A stretch of 64,000 nucleotides of DNA, from assembly GCA_965644295.1 (NCBI GenBank), contig CBFFRP010000363.1:1-64000 (forward strand), written 5' to 3'. This stretch comes from Paraphysomonas bandaiensis (taxonomy: Eukaryota; Protista; Chrysophyceae). A program made the position numbers and the translations under genes. Shown here one piece after another: positions 22,135 through 36,159 of this stretch; position 1 is the first letter of the stretch, and every line of letters starts with the position of its first letter. The notes under the pieces were generated by a model that made no database searches, was not told where the DNA came from, and was given only the letters and a program-made list of their open reading frames with translations.

Positions 22135-23916
22135 TTAGCGCTTTTTCTGCCACACGCCTCCCTCGTACGAGGCAATCACACGGCCAGCTACTGAGCGCAC
22201 CTTGGAATTAATACGGAAGGAATCTGTGGGACACTTTGTGAAAGCCTCGGCCTGCTCTTGTCCCCCTCTCTTCCAACCTGTACAGAAATTACTAGTATAA
22301 AACATTTAACGATGGAATCTTGCTAGCACTAATATTGCGAAACACCATGAAAAACAATACATGATAAACACTCCACAGCGTAACATGATCCCCACCATCG
22401 ATATCAAAGTGCTCAATAATTCCAGCACCATCGCCCTCGAGCTGTTTTCCAAAGAAGCTTTGCAGCATATGGGAGTCGCGTGCCGCGCTAGTTTGTGAGT
22501 TGTTATAGGCACGTGAAAAGCCTGCAACATATAAAGATATTAACCTAAATAACACACATTGCAAAAGCGAGTAGAGAGTTATTGTTCCATATATAAAATC
22601 GACATGGTCATACTAAATACTGCAGCTATTTCCAAACTCACTGGAATAATTCTGGGTGTTGAAGGACGTCATGTTGAGCACATCATTCGGTAGTATTGAT
22701 GTATCCCATCCAACATGAGAAGAATTCATGAACTGTACACTTTGAAAAGGAGGCGATATGAGTTCTTCCTCTATAGCTGTCTGGTATGCTCCTCCTTCAC
22801 TCATCTGTTCTTTCATGAACGCCTCATATAACTCACCGTTATCGCGCAGCCATGATATGGTGATGAATACGGAATCATCTTCGGTACATTCAGCAAAGCA
22901 GCATCGTGTACATCGCACTTGGTCTGACAAAAATTCACAATGAAACACATCAAGCAATACATAGTGTTTCTTAAGACTGCAGCATGCATCTCACCTAGCA
23001 TAGCTGCAAAGTGTGCTGGAGCTAGAGACTGAATGGACCCCAGCCATTCTTCACTTGACGCCACACTATGCCATGTAACATTTATGACTCCTTTTCCCAT
23101 AGTAAAATCACTCTTGCTTCCCTCCATTCCCCCAGGCGATGGGAGGCGCATTGACAACGACAGCTGGTTCCAGGCCTCTTCCTGTTGAATCAGAATAGCC
23201 TCCGCTTTACCCGGAGAGAACATTTGCAAGTCTGCAAAGACTACAGACGACATATGCGTTGCAAATGACCCATATGTAGGATTCGGGCCAAGGTCCGCGT
23301 AAGCTTCTTGAAGGACAGACTCGTGTAAATTGTCGTCGCTCATATCTTCATAAGCCTCCTACATAGAAATAAAGACGTAACACATTGATAAATCAGCAAT
23401 GTTTACAAACGAGGATATCTATAAGAACATTTTGTATACATCACTTACCCTGAAATCGGTATACGATATGAAAGAGTCGTGGCGTGCTGCATCCCCGAAG
23501 AGAGAATATAGCTTGTGGAAAAAGAATAGATGCTTTAAAAATATAGATAATTCATCCTCACGGAGGGTCATAGAGGAAAAATCCGGTTCTGTAATACATA
23601 TTATACTCCATAATGGGCACAAGTATTACTATTTATCACCATCTCTATTGATACACGCTCTATGAGCCTCACGGAGACAGAATTTACTAGTAGCAAACGG
23701 ACCAATAAACGGTCCCGCACATAATGCAACAGAATATTCAGGATTTGATGAAGAAAGGAATTTATGAACACTTGATAGAGAAACCACATCAGAGTTGTCT
23801 TTGTCGATAGGTTTCCAAAACCCACGTAACATAGCAGGGTTACGGAAGTAAGTCTGAGCTTGTCTTACCATGACTGAATTCAGTCCACCAGAGCTAACAC
23901 TCACTGTAGCTCCCAT
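22135..23916 (-). CDS. Calflagin/flagellar Ca-binding-protein-like N-terminus (degenerate EF-hands) plus unknown C-terminal region; 3' end uncertain
   Basis: MGATVS start; LRGFWKPIDKDNSDVVSLSSV (EF loop), LREAH, ELSIFLKHLFFFHKLYSLF...ISYTDF; multi-exon with GT-AG junctions. Confidence 0.6.
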
Positions 23917-24595
23917 AGTTATGATTGTAAGATATATATAGTGTTTCCTGGCAATTATATTTATAGGAGTTAACATACAGTGTCTGTCCTTCATAGAGTC
24001 TGTACACCATGTACATACTACTATATATATACTATACTGCTGTACATGTACACTGCTACTGTACGAACTGTACTACCAAATCCCAGAGTGCTTATTAATA
24101 TGGGAAAATGTGTGACTAATTTCTAAAAATAGGGTCCGAGACGAAATATCCCTAATTTTTCCCTTTTCCATCCAGCTGAATATTCTGTACGGCAATATAC
24201 TGTATGTACACAGACTTTCTAAAAATACCCTTTTTTATGCTGTGTGGAAAAACATGGGGTAGAAGTTACCATTTTTCAGGTAATCTCTTCCCTAGAAATT
24301 AACCTATCACCCACACTTATTTCAAATTGATTCGTTATCAATACCCCCTGAGGTTCTATATGTACAACATGTTGAATTCAACATTGACTTGACTGAACAC
24401 TTCCAGTAGATGTAAAGCCCATCTCATCGTATAGGTGGCTCTCATATAGTTATATGTGTAGATATACTACACAGATCTCTTACTATACAACACTGGAGTG
24501 TAGCTATCACACACAACACCATTGACACCTACTCTCTATTAGATTATACAGAGATCTCATCTGTTAATATATATCTATATAATTAATTGAGGGCT

Positions 24596-26672
24596 ATGGA
24601 TACACGAGAACTATCAACCCTTCCTCTCGCTCCGGGTGATATTGGTCAGTTATCAGTTATTATAGTTATTTATATCATGTCTGTTGTATGGATCAGATCT
24701 ATTAATACAAGCTGGATTTAAGTTTGTATCAGAGGTCTCGGAGTTACGGCCCCTTGACCTAGCTAGAGGTATTTGTATGTAAAGTGATATCTATTAGTTG
24801 GAGTTAATTGGGATGATTTAGAGTTAAATATTACGGCAGATGCAGCAGGGGGGATTTTGAAGAGCATAAAGTCGTCAACTGAGTATGTTATTATGGTATA
24901 AAGTCTTATTGCTAATCATACAATTCTGACCACAGGCCAGTGGTATCCGGGCAGACTGCTCTAGATCTTATTGTGGTAGACCTTAGTATTATACCCTACC
25001 TATTTAAGTCGATGTCGTATAGAGTAGCAGTCGAGATAGACCTATTATATCATTCTGTCGAGAACTTGATATGGCACTTGGTGGTGGCATCCCCTGCGGG
25101 CAAATCACGGAGCTCTGTGGGGTGCCTGGAATAGGAAAAACACAGCTTGGGTATATACGATATTTATGTGATATACAGTAAACTTATGTTTTGGATTTTC
25201 TACGTGCACGCAGAATTCAATTGGCCCTAGATGTACAGATCCCAGTGCCTTTCAAAGGAAGGGGGGGGCATGCTGTATATATAGGTATGCGATAATAGCA
25301 AATATTTGCAGCTATATTGTTACTGATATTGTTGTTTTGGTCCAGACACAGAGGGAAGTTTCATGGTGGAACGTGTTGCAGCAATGGCAGAAGCTGTAGC
25401 ATCACACTTATCGAAAATTGCATCGGTAGTTTGAATACATCGGATATATCTGTGTAACATGTAACTTAGGTATCCGCGCCAGACTCTGAGAAGGCTATAG
25501 CAGCTTCAGGTGTTACTAGAGATTCTTTACTTGAAGTAGGTCGCAACTTTTTACATCTGCCACACAGTTCTGTGTGCAAGTACCAATATCAGTCGTACTC
25601 CCATGATGTATATACCACTCAAGACCTACCTAAAGATAGTGTGATGTAGGGCATTCACGTTTTCCGTGTTTTGGATCAGACGGAGTTAGTTGCAGTAATA
25701 AACCACCTACATACTTTTCTGGCTGCACACCCGCAGGTAGTATCTGTGCAAAGGATGGCTATGTCGTATTTATATATCTATCAGTGAACTATGTATTATT
25801 AGGTTAAGCTGATCGTCGTAGACAGTATAGCATTCCACTTTCGGCAGGTGTGATTTTGTACTTTTTTGTTGGCATATAAGACGTACGTCCAGGACCTCCA
25901 AGACCTTCCGGCTAGAAACCGAGCTCTCAGTTGTATTGCTCAAACTCTTAACCGGTGTGCGATTGACTATAATTATTTGTCGGTGAGGCCCCGTCAATTT
26001 CTTGACCGTTATATGGTGACACTTGCTGCCGCGTTACCTGTAGGTGGTAGTTATCAATCATGTCACAAGCAAAGTCGAAAGAGGAACGGGCTCTTCTCAT
26101 ATTGTTCCCGCATTAGGTATTTATACACCACTTCATCTCTATTTATTTTTTGTTTCAACATCGATAATGCGGATAGATAAGTTTAGAATAGTAGATGGAT
26201 ATGGACAGTGCTTGTAGGATGACTGACATCCGTTCATTTCTGTGTATCACACAGGCGATCAGTGGTCTCATTGCGTAACGAATCGAATAATGCTGCAGTG
26301 GAAGGTCAGAAGTTCCCTAGAAATATCTATGATATGTAATTTTAGAACTGTTAGTCTGGACAGCGAATGGCATACCTTATTAAGAGCCCGAATCGGTTAG
26401 CCCTGCTTGAGTTACTTTAGTGTTATGCATATCAAGTGATGATATTTGTTCTTGCAGGCCAATGGCAAGTGCTGCGTTTGCTGTAACATCACAAGGCGTT
26501 CGGGACGTTCAAAGCGAGGTACGAAATGGCAGTGGAAGCGAGACTTTCTTTGCTTAATGTATCATATATGTTACAGCAGAGATCTGCCCATCATCAATCC
26601 GTTGACGGCAATGGGCATAATAGTAATTTTCAAGGTGAAGCAGGCCACGTTGATAAAAAGCAAAGAGTATAG
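24596..26672 (+). CDS. RAD51C: DNA repair protein RAD51 paralog C
   Basis: LDMALGGGIPCGQITELCGVPGIGKTQLG (Walker A), QLALDVQIP, DTEGSFMVERV, VKLIVVDSIAFHFR (Walker B), VPALG, WSH, AFAVTSQGVRD. Confidence 0.93.
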
Positions 26673-27269
26673 TTGAATGGTACACCAAGTGTTGTGTAAA
26701 TAGGCAGGTGACCTATGAGTTATTTTAATGTGTGTTTTGAAAACAGTGTCATTATGATTTGGTAGCTGTAGCCGAGAATAACATACTAAAGTGGCGATAT
26801 AACCTCGGTCATTGAATCGTAAACTTTCGTTTCGTTAACGCTTAAATTTATTTGCATCTCTAACCAAATGCGTCAGTAGCACACTTCTAATTGAAGTTGT
26901 TTAAGTTGGAATTTTAAGAACAGGTACCTGCTTAGTAAGTTAGCAGCATTTGCAATGTTTGCTTGTAGTTGACATCCTCATGGTGAACACAGATCTCAGT
27001 AACTTAAAATTGACTACTTTTCTGGGCAATCATTGCAACCGTGTTACATTTGTTAGATGTACATATCTCTGGCAGAGTCAGATCAAGTCAACGAACCGAC
27101 AACACTTGAGAGTATGGAGTGAAAAGATATGTATATATACGTCTTGGCACGAAGAAACATGGAGGTTATGGCGAGAACTTCAAAACTGGATGTAGTCATA
27201 TTGACAAGTTTGTGAACTCTTGAATCATAACGATATAAATATGCCTATTCAGTAGGACTGATTCATAAT

Positions 27270-28949
27270 ATGACACACCCACGTACAAGATGGGCACATT
27301 ATGGAGGAGCGGCGGCAGTCTGGCTCCCCCCGGAGGATGAATGGAAGAACGGTACAACAAAAATACTGCGATTAGAGACACCCTTCAGCGACGTGCCTGG
27401 ACTTGGCCCGTATGCATACGAGCTCATGGGAGCAGCAATGGCGCTTATACTGTCTGCGCGACTCCCATCACACATACCGATAAATACGGACTGTAAGGCC
27501 GTCTGCATACGCACACACGAAGCACTCTCCGCCAGACGTCGGGCACTGGGGCATCGTGCCAAAGGTGTACTGCTCGAAAGCATTGCAGCAAATAACGATT
27601 GCACAAGGACAGTAGCCTGGGTCCGATCACACCCCGAACGACACACCTCTGATGAGTCTGAATGGACATATGAAGACAAAGGAATTTACATTGCCGACGC
27701 AGTAGCAGGAGGGGACTGGCTTGAGGTAGATCGACTACTCGGACGACAAAATTACACTGTCTGTAACATGGAAGTGGACCAAGCCATCGAGAGAATACTC
27801 ACCGAGGGTTTATGGCACTGGCGCCTAACTGGGGAACGACGGCCGTATCGCACTAGCCCCCTGCTCACGGATTTCCAATCCCTCCGTAATCAACGGACGC
27901 TGGAGGCATACACAGCTCTCCGAGACCAACGCTACGGTCACAATCCCGACCGGGCTCCTGGATACTGGAAAGACAGCGGAGCACTACTTCCGCGCAAACT
28001 GGCGCAAGCAGATGGTGGACCATCAAAGGACAAAGTGAGCTCCCACCTGCGCCAAAGAGTACTCAATGCAGCACTGACATGGGACAAATCCTTCAGCATA
28101 GGAAGAAACCGGGCGAAAACCAAACACGGACTCGACATGGCTAAAGCCGTATGCTCTGACTGCGGATTTAGAGTAGACTCACTCAAGCATATGTGTCTAG
28201 ACTGCACAAACGACACCATAACGCAGATAAGGGAGTCTGCATTTCACAGCCACAAAAACGCGCTCCTAGAAGAAATGAGGAATCCGGAATTACCCCAATG
28301 GACCACCACCGTACTCCAGCGACTCTCCAGCAGAGCCTGGAACCCTTCCGTGCCACAGGTGGAGAGATTCTGGACGGGTACCATCACAATGACACAGCTT
28401 GAAATGGTTTTTGGAGATCACATCCATGAATCACTGACATCCCAAGGACTGCGCAGCATCGAATCAGCGATCATCAAATTACTGCTACCGCTGTTCGCGG
28501 CAGCAAAGCTCATGATCCAAGATCGCGGAAGAAGATACGTGACCCTACGGAAAGGCCCCCCAAGGCTACTACCGCGGCCGAGTCCAAAACACAGACAGAA
28601 ACGGAAACGCCCAAGGGTGCTAAGATTACTAGGAATCCACAGACGAACCGAGACTGGAACACCGCCCACCGCACCTCTGAACCCTACCAACCATACACAG
28701 AGGACCATAGCAACGGACCGTATGAAACCAACAGGCCCTAGACAAAGGCGACGACGTCTCCGGCAACTCCACCTATGCCCAACGCCCAAACGGTGCATGG
28801 CGACACCGCCACATTCCACCACACCATCAACCTCTCAGTCCACACATCTAGTGCTCGGTACACTCAGGACCTTAATACAGAACCCGGTACCTCAGAGTCA
28901 GGCGGAACCGTATCCCAAGGGGAGACCCCCGGACAACACGCGCCAGTGA
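27270..28949 (+). CDS. C-terminal part of retrotransposon pol: RNase H, CCHC (zf-RVT-like) finger, basic/Pro-rich tail
   Basis: YAYELMGA (E), INTDCKA (D), WVRSHPE (H), GIYIADAVA (D); CSDCGFRVDSLKHMCLDC. RT, endonuclease and the first RNase H Asp are lost by truncation. Confidence 0.85.
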   Translation: MTHPRTRWAHYGGAAAVWLPPEDEWKNGTTKILRLETPFSDVPGLGPYAYELMGAAMALILSARLPSHIPINTDCKAVCIRTHEALSARRRALGHRAKGVLLESIAANNDCTRTVAWVRSHPERHTSDESEWTYEDKGIYIADAVAGGDWLEVDRLLGRQNYTVCNMEVDQAIERILTEGLWHWRLTGERRPYRTSPLLTDFQSLRNQRTLEAYTALRDQRYGHNPDRAPGYWKDSGALLPRKLAQADGGPSKDKVSSHLRQRVLNAALTWDKSFSIGRNRAKTKHGLDMAKAVCSDCGFRVDSLKHMCLDCTNDTITQIRESAFHSHKNALLEEMRNPELPQWTTTVLQRLSSRAWNPSVPQVERFWTGTITMTQLEMVFGDHIHESLTSQGLRSIESAIIKLLLPLFAAAKLMIQDRGRRYVTLRKGPPRLLPRPSPKHRQKRKRPRVLRLLGIHRRTETGTPPTAPLNPTNHTQRTIATDRMKPTGPRQRRRRLRQLHLCPTPKRCMATPPHSTTPSTSQSTHLVLGTLRTLIQNPVPQSQAEPYPKGRPPDNTRQ

Positions 28950-29182
28950 GTCCTCAGACACACGAACAGGGCGAACTCACACACAACATCAAGAACGGAA
29001 GTGGTTGCACCTTGGTGCTTGCGGCGACGCACAAGCAGCTTCTGTAGCGTTAAATAGTAGGATAATAGAATTTGTGCTGATTAGTTATGGGTAGAGGTCT
29101 AACTAGTAGACTAGTATTCAACTAGCCGCTATATCGGATCGGGTTTTTAACGCCTATTGCTAAATAAAAAGACATTCAATAT
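27276..29182 (+). mobile_element. 5'-truncated non-LTR retrotransposon (RNase H + CCHC finger), subtype B 3' module
   Basis: Perfect 15-bp TSD ATTCATAATATGACA (27261-27275 / 29183-29197); uninterrupted ORF with RNase H and zinc-finger motifs; ends GACATTCAATAT with no poly(A). Confidence 0.92.
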
Positions 29183-29959
29183 ATTCATAATATGACAATT
29201 TCCAACATAAGCGTATCATCGTGCTTTTTCATCAGTACCACTAATCAGCAGGCTATGTTGGGAAAGCAGAACTGAAAACATAGAGGTCACATGTTCAAAA
29301 TCTAAACAACATTTACATCGAAGTAGGAAGTAAATATTGCTTTTTATATATAAACAAAAAAGTTCTGAGTAGAAGTTCCTGTGAATATGGATGTATTGAG
29401 ATATATGATGGGGCATTTCGCAGTGTTCAACTGCGTCTCTGTTTCTTCATCTGTACGCTGTACGTTGTACATGTATATATTACATTTACTTAGATATTAG
29501 ATCTATATGTATGTATCAAGTATTAAATAACTCTTTCTAAAATAGCTGTGTTACACTGTTTCGCGCCAATCTATAGAACGTTTATGCAATAACAAACTCA
29601 TGTACTCCTTATTTCTTGAAAGCAATTATTTATGATGAAAAACGAGAACTTGTAATGAAGTCAAAGTCTTTCGCCACCACGTAATATATGCCTTTCCAGT
29701 TGTGTAGAATCTATGTTACATGCATTTCTTGGCGAATGTGCCGGTGGGCCCTACACTATGGACACACACTATCGGAATTGCAGGAAGTATATGAAGAGCT
29801 ATTCAAGGGCGACAAATAGCAGCTAGCGAATACAGCATGTTTAATTTAAACATAACGCTACAAGCTACAAGCAGTTTCGGAAAAATTCATATTCTGTACT
29901 CAATATACTATCACCCAAAACAGTCCAACCCTAAAATAGTATTCTACGTGGCTATAATG

Positions 29960-31831
29960 TTAAGCATTTAGCGGCACAGTCCACCGCTTCACGTCTTCCA
30001 CTAGCATTGCGATTGGCGGATTCTCTATGTACCTCTTTCCCATTATCACTGCTAGTTCCCCATGCCTACCATGACATATAACACACTGAGCAGAAGTCAC
30101 AATTCACACATACTTTAGATTATGCATCCTGGCACGTGCAGCTTCAGTACTATCCGACACATCTTCATTCAGTATATTCTTTGCAAATAATCAAGTTTAG
30201 TTGAAATGTAATGTATCGAACACTTACTCTGCTCGCCTGACGTTTCCTGGTCACCTCCAACATACCCTGTGTAGTACATTGCAGACACAACGTCAAAATC
30301 AGTTCTAGGAGTGAACAAAAGACTACTACGCACGATACACTCCTACTCAATATTATGCAGCACCTGTACTGTAGACACTGTGTTGCGGAGAGACAGTGAA
30401 AGGTTTTCTACCGTCAGGTGTATCCAGGCTAACATAAGAGCTGCTGTACAATCACCTGTGCCAGTGTAATGACCTACGTATATGCTATTGTCAACTCTGA
30501 AAGCTTCCTGGACACATATTTACCTTCCTTTTTATTCACCACCACACGAACAACTTCCACTTCGCTTCCATCGGATGTCTTTCTCGAGCAGTAGCAGTAC
30601 AGTTTCCCTGCAGTAGCATATGCAGTAACAATGCATCATAAGTACTAAGCAGTACTCGATTCATATCAATAGCATTACTGTCGATTCCTACCATTACTCT
30701 CCAGAAATTCTGCAGAAGTAAGGACAACAATCTGTAGCATAATTACGAACACAGGCAATTCAGGGTGACGTATATAATCCCCCTCACCTCCGGTCCCATT
30801 TTTAACATGTGAACCATTGCATCCAATGCATTTGCTTCGTTTGATATAACTACGCCTACAGAATACAGATTATGGTACAGTACAAAGTGTAAAGAATGAG
30901 TTCAGAAATAAATAAATGAAATACCTGTGAGTAGCTCTGCTTCAAATTGATTAGGAGTAATCATGTAAGCCCTGCGTAGTAATAAATAAGCACCATACAG
31001 CAATTTCTAATCCTATATCACACCTTGGAATGACTGATGTTTTATAAATCTCAACAAGACCAGATGGAACATAATACTTTCCATTATCACCCAAAACAGG
31101 ATCGCAAACATATCTGACGGTAATATTTTATTTATCAGCAACACATAACACTGTGCAATACTTCGCATTGGGGTTGTGAATCTTGATGCGATCCAGTAAA
31201 TGTAGCACATTTGTGAGGAATGAATCGGACCCTAGAACAAGACACATCAACCATATCACAGAACTCACATATAATATCTAACCAATATATCCTGTCAAGA
31301 GATAATTGTAATCAATCAAATTATTGGCTTCAAGGCCCTCAGTTAAGGCAAGTAACTCCAACCCATCCAATACTTTTCCCTGTATAATATGCATGTTACA
31401 TAGATGGAATGTCATATATGTTTTGTTGAATATGTGCTACGTTATGTTACGTATATTTGATACGGTATATGTGATATGGTAGACGTGTTATGGTATATAG
31501 TGTGTGCATGTATGGTGCCATACGTATGATAAGTTACGTGTGTCAGGGTACTTGTGTTATGGCATACATGTTATAGTATAAGTGGCATATATGGCAGAGG
31601 GGGTGTGCATGTATGCGTTATGTATGTATGTGTTCTCACCTTTATAGTCGCATATTTCGTATGATTCGAAAACTGAACTGAGTTAATAAAATCCGCATCA
31701 AATCCTAACAATTGAAGAGGGAATATAGCAGCTCTATTGCCGACATATCCACTAACGACATGGCTCTGTACACTGAGCACACGGCAGCTGTTCATATCCA
31801 TGCTATCAACTGATTCTATTTCTTCTTCCAT
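29960..31831 (-). CDS. PDXK: Pyridoxal kinase
   Basis: [89 protein letters not shown]. Confidence 0.95.
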
Positions 31832-32031
31832 TAATCTGAGTAGAGAATGTTTCTTCTATGAGTTATAAAGCAAGAAATGTGTGAATAACTTCTATGATGT
31901 TGCTATGAAGAGGACTGCATTGAGTAGGAGGTGGAGGGGATATGAGTGCATGTACTGCTCCACTGTACTGATCTACGACAGCATGTCCATGTATACATAT
32001 ACGGTCAGGTCAAATACGCATACTTTACTAT

Positions 32032-32224
32032 TGTATGTATGTATGTATGTATGTATGTATGTATGTATGTATGTATGTATGTATGTATGTATGTATGTAT
32101 GTATGTATGTATGTATGTATGTATGTATGTATGTATGTATGTATGTATGTATGTATGTATGTATGTATGTATGTATGTATGTATGTATGTATGTATGTAT
32201 GTATGTATGTATGTATGTATGTAT
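32032..32224. repeat. (TATG)n microsatellite, ~48 units
   Basis: Perfect array centred between the PDXK and anoctamin start codons. Confidence 0.99.
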
Positions 32225-32440
32225 ATTTTTGTTCAAAGATGCCTCTAATATTGAGACAACAATTATATGTATTCCAGCCGTAGTTGTATTGCAGTAATAT
32301 AGAGGCATTTTGCTTCAATTTATTCCCGAAAACAATGATGCTGACTGCCGATACATGTGTATGTATCTATCTGACATGCACTCATTCAGTATAGTATTTT
32401 ATAGTATCAGTTAAGTTCCGTCTCTCTTACTCTCACAATC

Positions 32441-35400
32441 ATGCGTAGCAGAAAGAAATCTCGACGTGCTTCCCATGACGGTCTGACAGAGGGATTGGTG
32501 AGTACGGGGGTGTTACATGGCAGTTGTGTTATGTATTGTGTGCAGTTGGCTGGAGACGCCCTTCAGATGACTGAGAGAAAATACCAACCCAAGAGCTTCT
32601 TTAACAATGATGAGGATGAATTAAAATCAGAATCAGCTGCTAGTATGACTCCTGCAGAGACATTTGAGAGTGTAGGCTATTCATGGGACTTTGTCATAGT
32701 GTTACCTGTATTAACCCCTGACTCTGATTTCAAACCTGAGCTAGAGGCATCAGAGGTGTGTATTAGTGCAATTGTAGTTGCCAGTTAGTAATGGATGTGT
32801 ACAGATTGTTCAGCTCTTGCATGATGGTGGCTTGCAAACGTATTTGTTCAAGTCTGTCCAGGAAGATGAGATTATTTGTAAGGTACGGGCTAGTCTGGAG
32901 CGCTTAAAGACCCATGCAGAAATGATTGGTAAGTGTGGAGTATGTATACTATGCCTACTCCGACGGCGTATGTCACAGGGTATAAAATGCAATATGATGA
33001 AGAGGAGGTACGTCAACTAGTGGAGTGGGGTATTCCCAATAGCAATGGTATCGGCCACATAGTCAAAGGTGTAAACATCAAACATGATAAGAGCATTACT
33101 GAATTACATCCATATGAGTTCATACATGGGCCTTTCAAATCTGGTAAGTAGTTGTATCTTTTTCGGGATATGCTTCATTGAGAGTGCCGATGAATGCAGA
33201 TCACATGGGATTGTTTAGCAAAGCTGAGCATCTGGACCACCCATTTTCCGCCCAGCATCGCTTGAAACTGCTAATGTCGATCATAGTCCTACGGGGAGAG
33301 GGGTGTTGCGGCCTCAATCTTCCTGCTCTCAAGAAAAACGGCAGGTCTTAGTGAATGTAATTGTGATTCATTGATTCATCACCCTTACGCAGTGTGTTGG
33401 CCTTCTATCCACTGCATGATGAGGCGAGTGTAAAGCTGCTTACAGACGACTGGTTGCATTGGTCTGTGGGCCCATGGGACCAGCCGATAGATGATATACG
33501 AGACTATTTTGGTGAAAAAGTGGGCATGTATTTCGAATTTCTTGGGAACTATACTTCTTGGCTCCTTCCCCTCTGTGTCGTCGGTGCGTTTGTATATCAG
33601 CTTTTTTGTTCTACGATCTAATCATTCATTTTTTGTATTTAGGCGTATGTGTAACAATCGATATAATAGTTGAAAGTGCAGTGTATGGCTCCTACACTAA
33701 AGCTATTGGGCAAGGCTACACTGTACCAGCATTCTGTGTGTTTGTAGCCTTCTGGTCGCAACTTTTCCTCGAGTATTGGAAGCGAGCTGAGGCAACCAAG
33801 GCCATGGAGTGGGGTACACCTGAATGATTACGCGTCGAACATGTCATAATCTCAATATGGTAGGTATGTCGGATTTTGAAGAGCTGGAGCTTGAGCGCCC
33901 TGCATTCGAAGGTGAGGATAGGGTGTCCCACATTGACGGGACACGGATCAAATACTTCCCTGCGAATGAGAGGCACAGGCGTAGTCAGTTTTCAATGATG
34001 ATTGTCAGTGGGATGATTCTCTTTGTCATCGCATGCGTTGCAGTAATTTTCTACGTAAAATTTGCAATGGTAGTACAGTCTGACAATAAGACTGCTAATG
34101 ACCTTGGAGGAACCCTGGCATCTGCCTTAAATGCTATCCAGATTCAGGTGATAGTTTATTCATTTTAATGTGCTGTATCATTGCTGGACAGGTGCTGAAT
34201 ACGATGTACAGCGAGCTTGCAGAGTGGCTAACTAACCGGGAGAATCACAGAACAGAAACACAATATGAAGATGCCTTGATATCGAAGCTCTTCGCATTTC
34301 AATTCGTGAATTCTTATGCATCTTTTTTCTATATTGCCTTCATAAAGGAAGGAGCAGGCGATCCCTGTGCTGGGTCATGTATGTCTGAACTCTCCTACGC
34401 GCTTGCTATCATCTTTTGTGAGTTTCATTGTATATGGTGATATGCACTGATAGAATGTAATCTACAGGTACGAGACTGTTTATTGGCAATGCGCAGGAGG
34501 TATTTGTTCCTGTGGCCATGTCGTGGTACAAGAAGCGCCTGGAAAGTCAAGGTGTTGAAGGAGAAACGGAGGTAGTTTCTTGATAAACAAACATTTGTTT
34601 TGGTTTATTATTATATGTGGATAGATCGAAAAAGAGCGCAGGCTTCATGCTGCTGCGAATATGTCGAAAGCTGAGTCGCAATATACCCTCGAAGAGTACG
34701 ATGCAATGATGGGCGCAATTGACGATTATGCTGAGCTTGCTATTCAGTACGGATATGTCACTCTTTTCGTAGCTGCATTTCCCATTGCCCCTCTGCTTGC
34801 GTTCGGAAGCAATATTGTGGAGATTCGTACTGATGGGTGGAAGCTTCTGCACGCCTATCGGCGACCGATTCCTCACGGTGCGCAAGATATTGGCACTTGG
34901 CTAAGCATTCTTCAGGTAAGAGGACTTGTTTCGCAGTCAGTGTTTTAATATTTCTATGTATAGCTGACATCTATTATATCTGTGGGGACTAATGCTGGGA
35001 TAATATGCTTCACAATGGATATATTTGGTAAAGATTCTATTATATATATTGTGGGGGTAATGGTGCAATATTCAGACGTGACGCCGCAAGGAAAATTGTG
35101 GATATTTATTGGGTTTCAATATTTTGTATTTGCTTTAATGGCGATTTTCGCGTATATTGTTGATGATCAGCCGGAGGAGGTGAGGAAACTGTGGTATGAT
35201 TGGGATTACTGACTTTGCTACAGGTGGTCATTCAGTTGAGTAGACAAGATTTTATAGTCGACAAAGTTCGACAGGTGAAAATAAGGTGTTTTGCTATTTG
35301 CGCTCACTGGTCTTGTATTAGATAATGGCTCAGATTCCAGATGATGACGAGGTGGCTGCAGACCATAGCATTACCAAACCAATGCTGGTATGTATCATGC

Positions 35401-35519
35401 TGATGCTAACTATTTGTTTCACCGACATGTTGTTTCTATAGATTCACGATTGTGACGATGAAGCTCAAAGAGCTGCCGATTCTACTCCTCGCTATAATGA
35501 CTACAATGATTATGCATAG
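32441..35519 (+). CDS. Anoctamin/TMEM16 family channel or scramblase
   Basis: FYPLHD, QPIDDIRDYFGEKVGMYFEFLGNYT, FLEYWKR, LTNRENHRTETQYEDALISKLFAFQFVNSYASFFYIAF, DYAELAIQYGYVTLFVAAFPIAPL...EIRTDGWK...RRP...DIGTW. Confidence 0.95.
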
Positions 35520-36159
35520 CATGGCAGTGCGTGTATGTTTTTATGCTACTGCATGTGGGCTATAGCTAGCTCTCCTGCATACACAAGTCTGTGTATATTT
35601 ATATTGATGTGGACTTTCTATATTCCCATACTATTAATACTACCACAGTCTTAAGTGAAAATAAAGAATGTACTTAAATCCTGAACTGAAGGAACTCATG
35701 AATGCATGTTGTACGTCGTCATGTATATGTTATTACTCCTTTTGTCATCGTCGCGTGTGTGTCGTATTGTATATAGCACACTGGTAGGAGAAATGATGCA
35801 TAAATATGTATTACTCTAGTGTCAGAGCAATATTGGATTAACACGACACCTTACTCGGTACTAGGACATACAGCAGCTCCAAGTGTCGTCACCATCCATT
35901 TAGTGTGAAAATGAAGGTATTGACATTTGAATCAGGGCAGGGATATTACACGGATATTTATTAGTAATAGCTATCTCATGATAAATACACATAAATCGTT
36001 TCATAGTTCATAGTATTATCATACAATAAACTGATCTACATTTTTTATGGAGTGATAGTTTGTACCGCTCATGATTTCGTGTAGTAACTACTACGTCGTA
36101 ATATACGCACTAAAATTGATTTTATAAATTATTAAAACTATTCCATGATGAAATAAATC

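Noticed and set aside
23600-23640. Tandem in-frame stops (TAG TAA) suggesting a non-standard genetic code or pseudogene
   Set aside because: They fall inside a GT-AG intron; conserved genes (SDHA, HDAC, RAD51C) read normally with the standard code.
28775-29047. Overlapping 90-aa ORF running through the 3' module
   Set aside because: The corresponding region in the 13737-13850 copy differs by indels that change the frame, and subtype C diverges, so conservation is better explained at RNA level.
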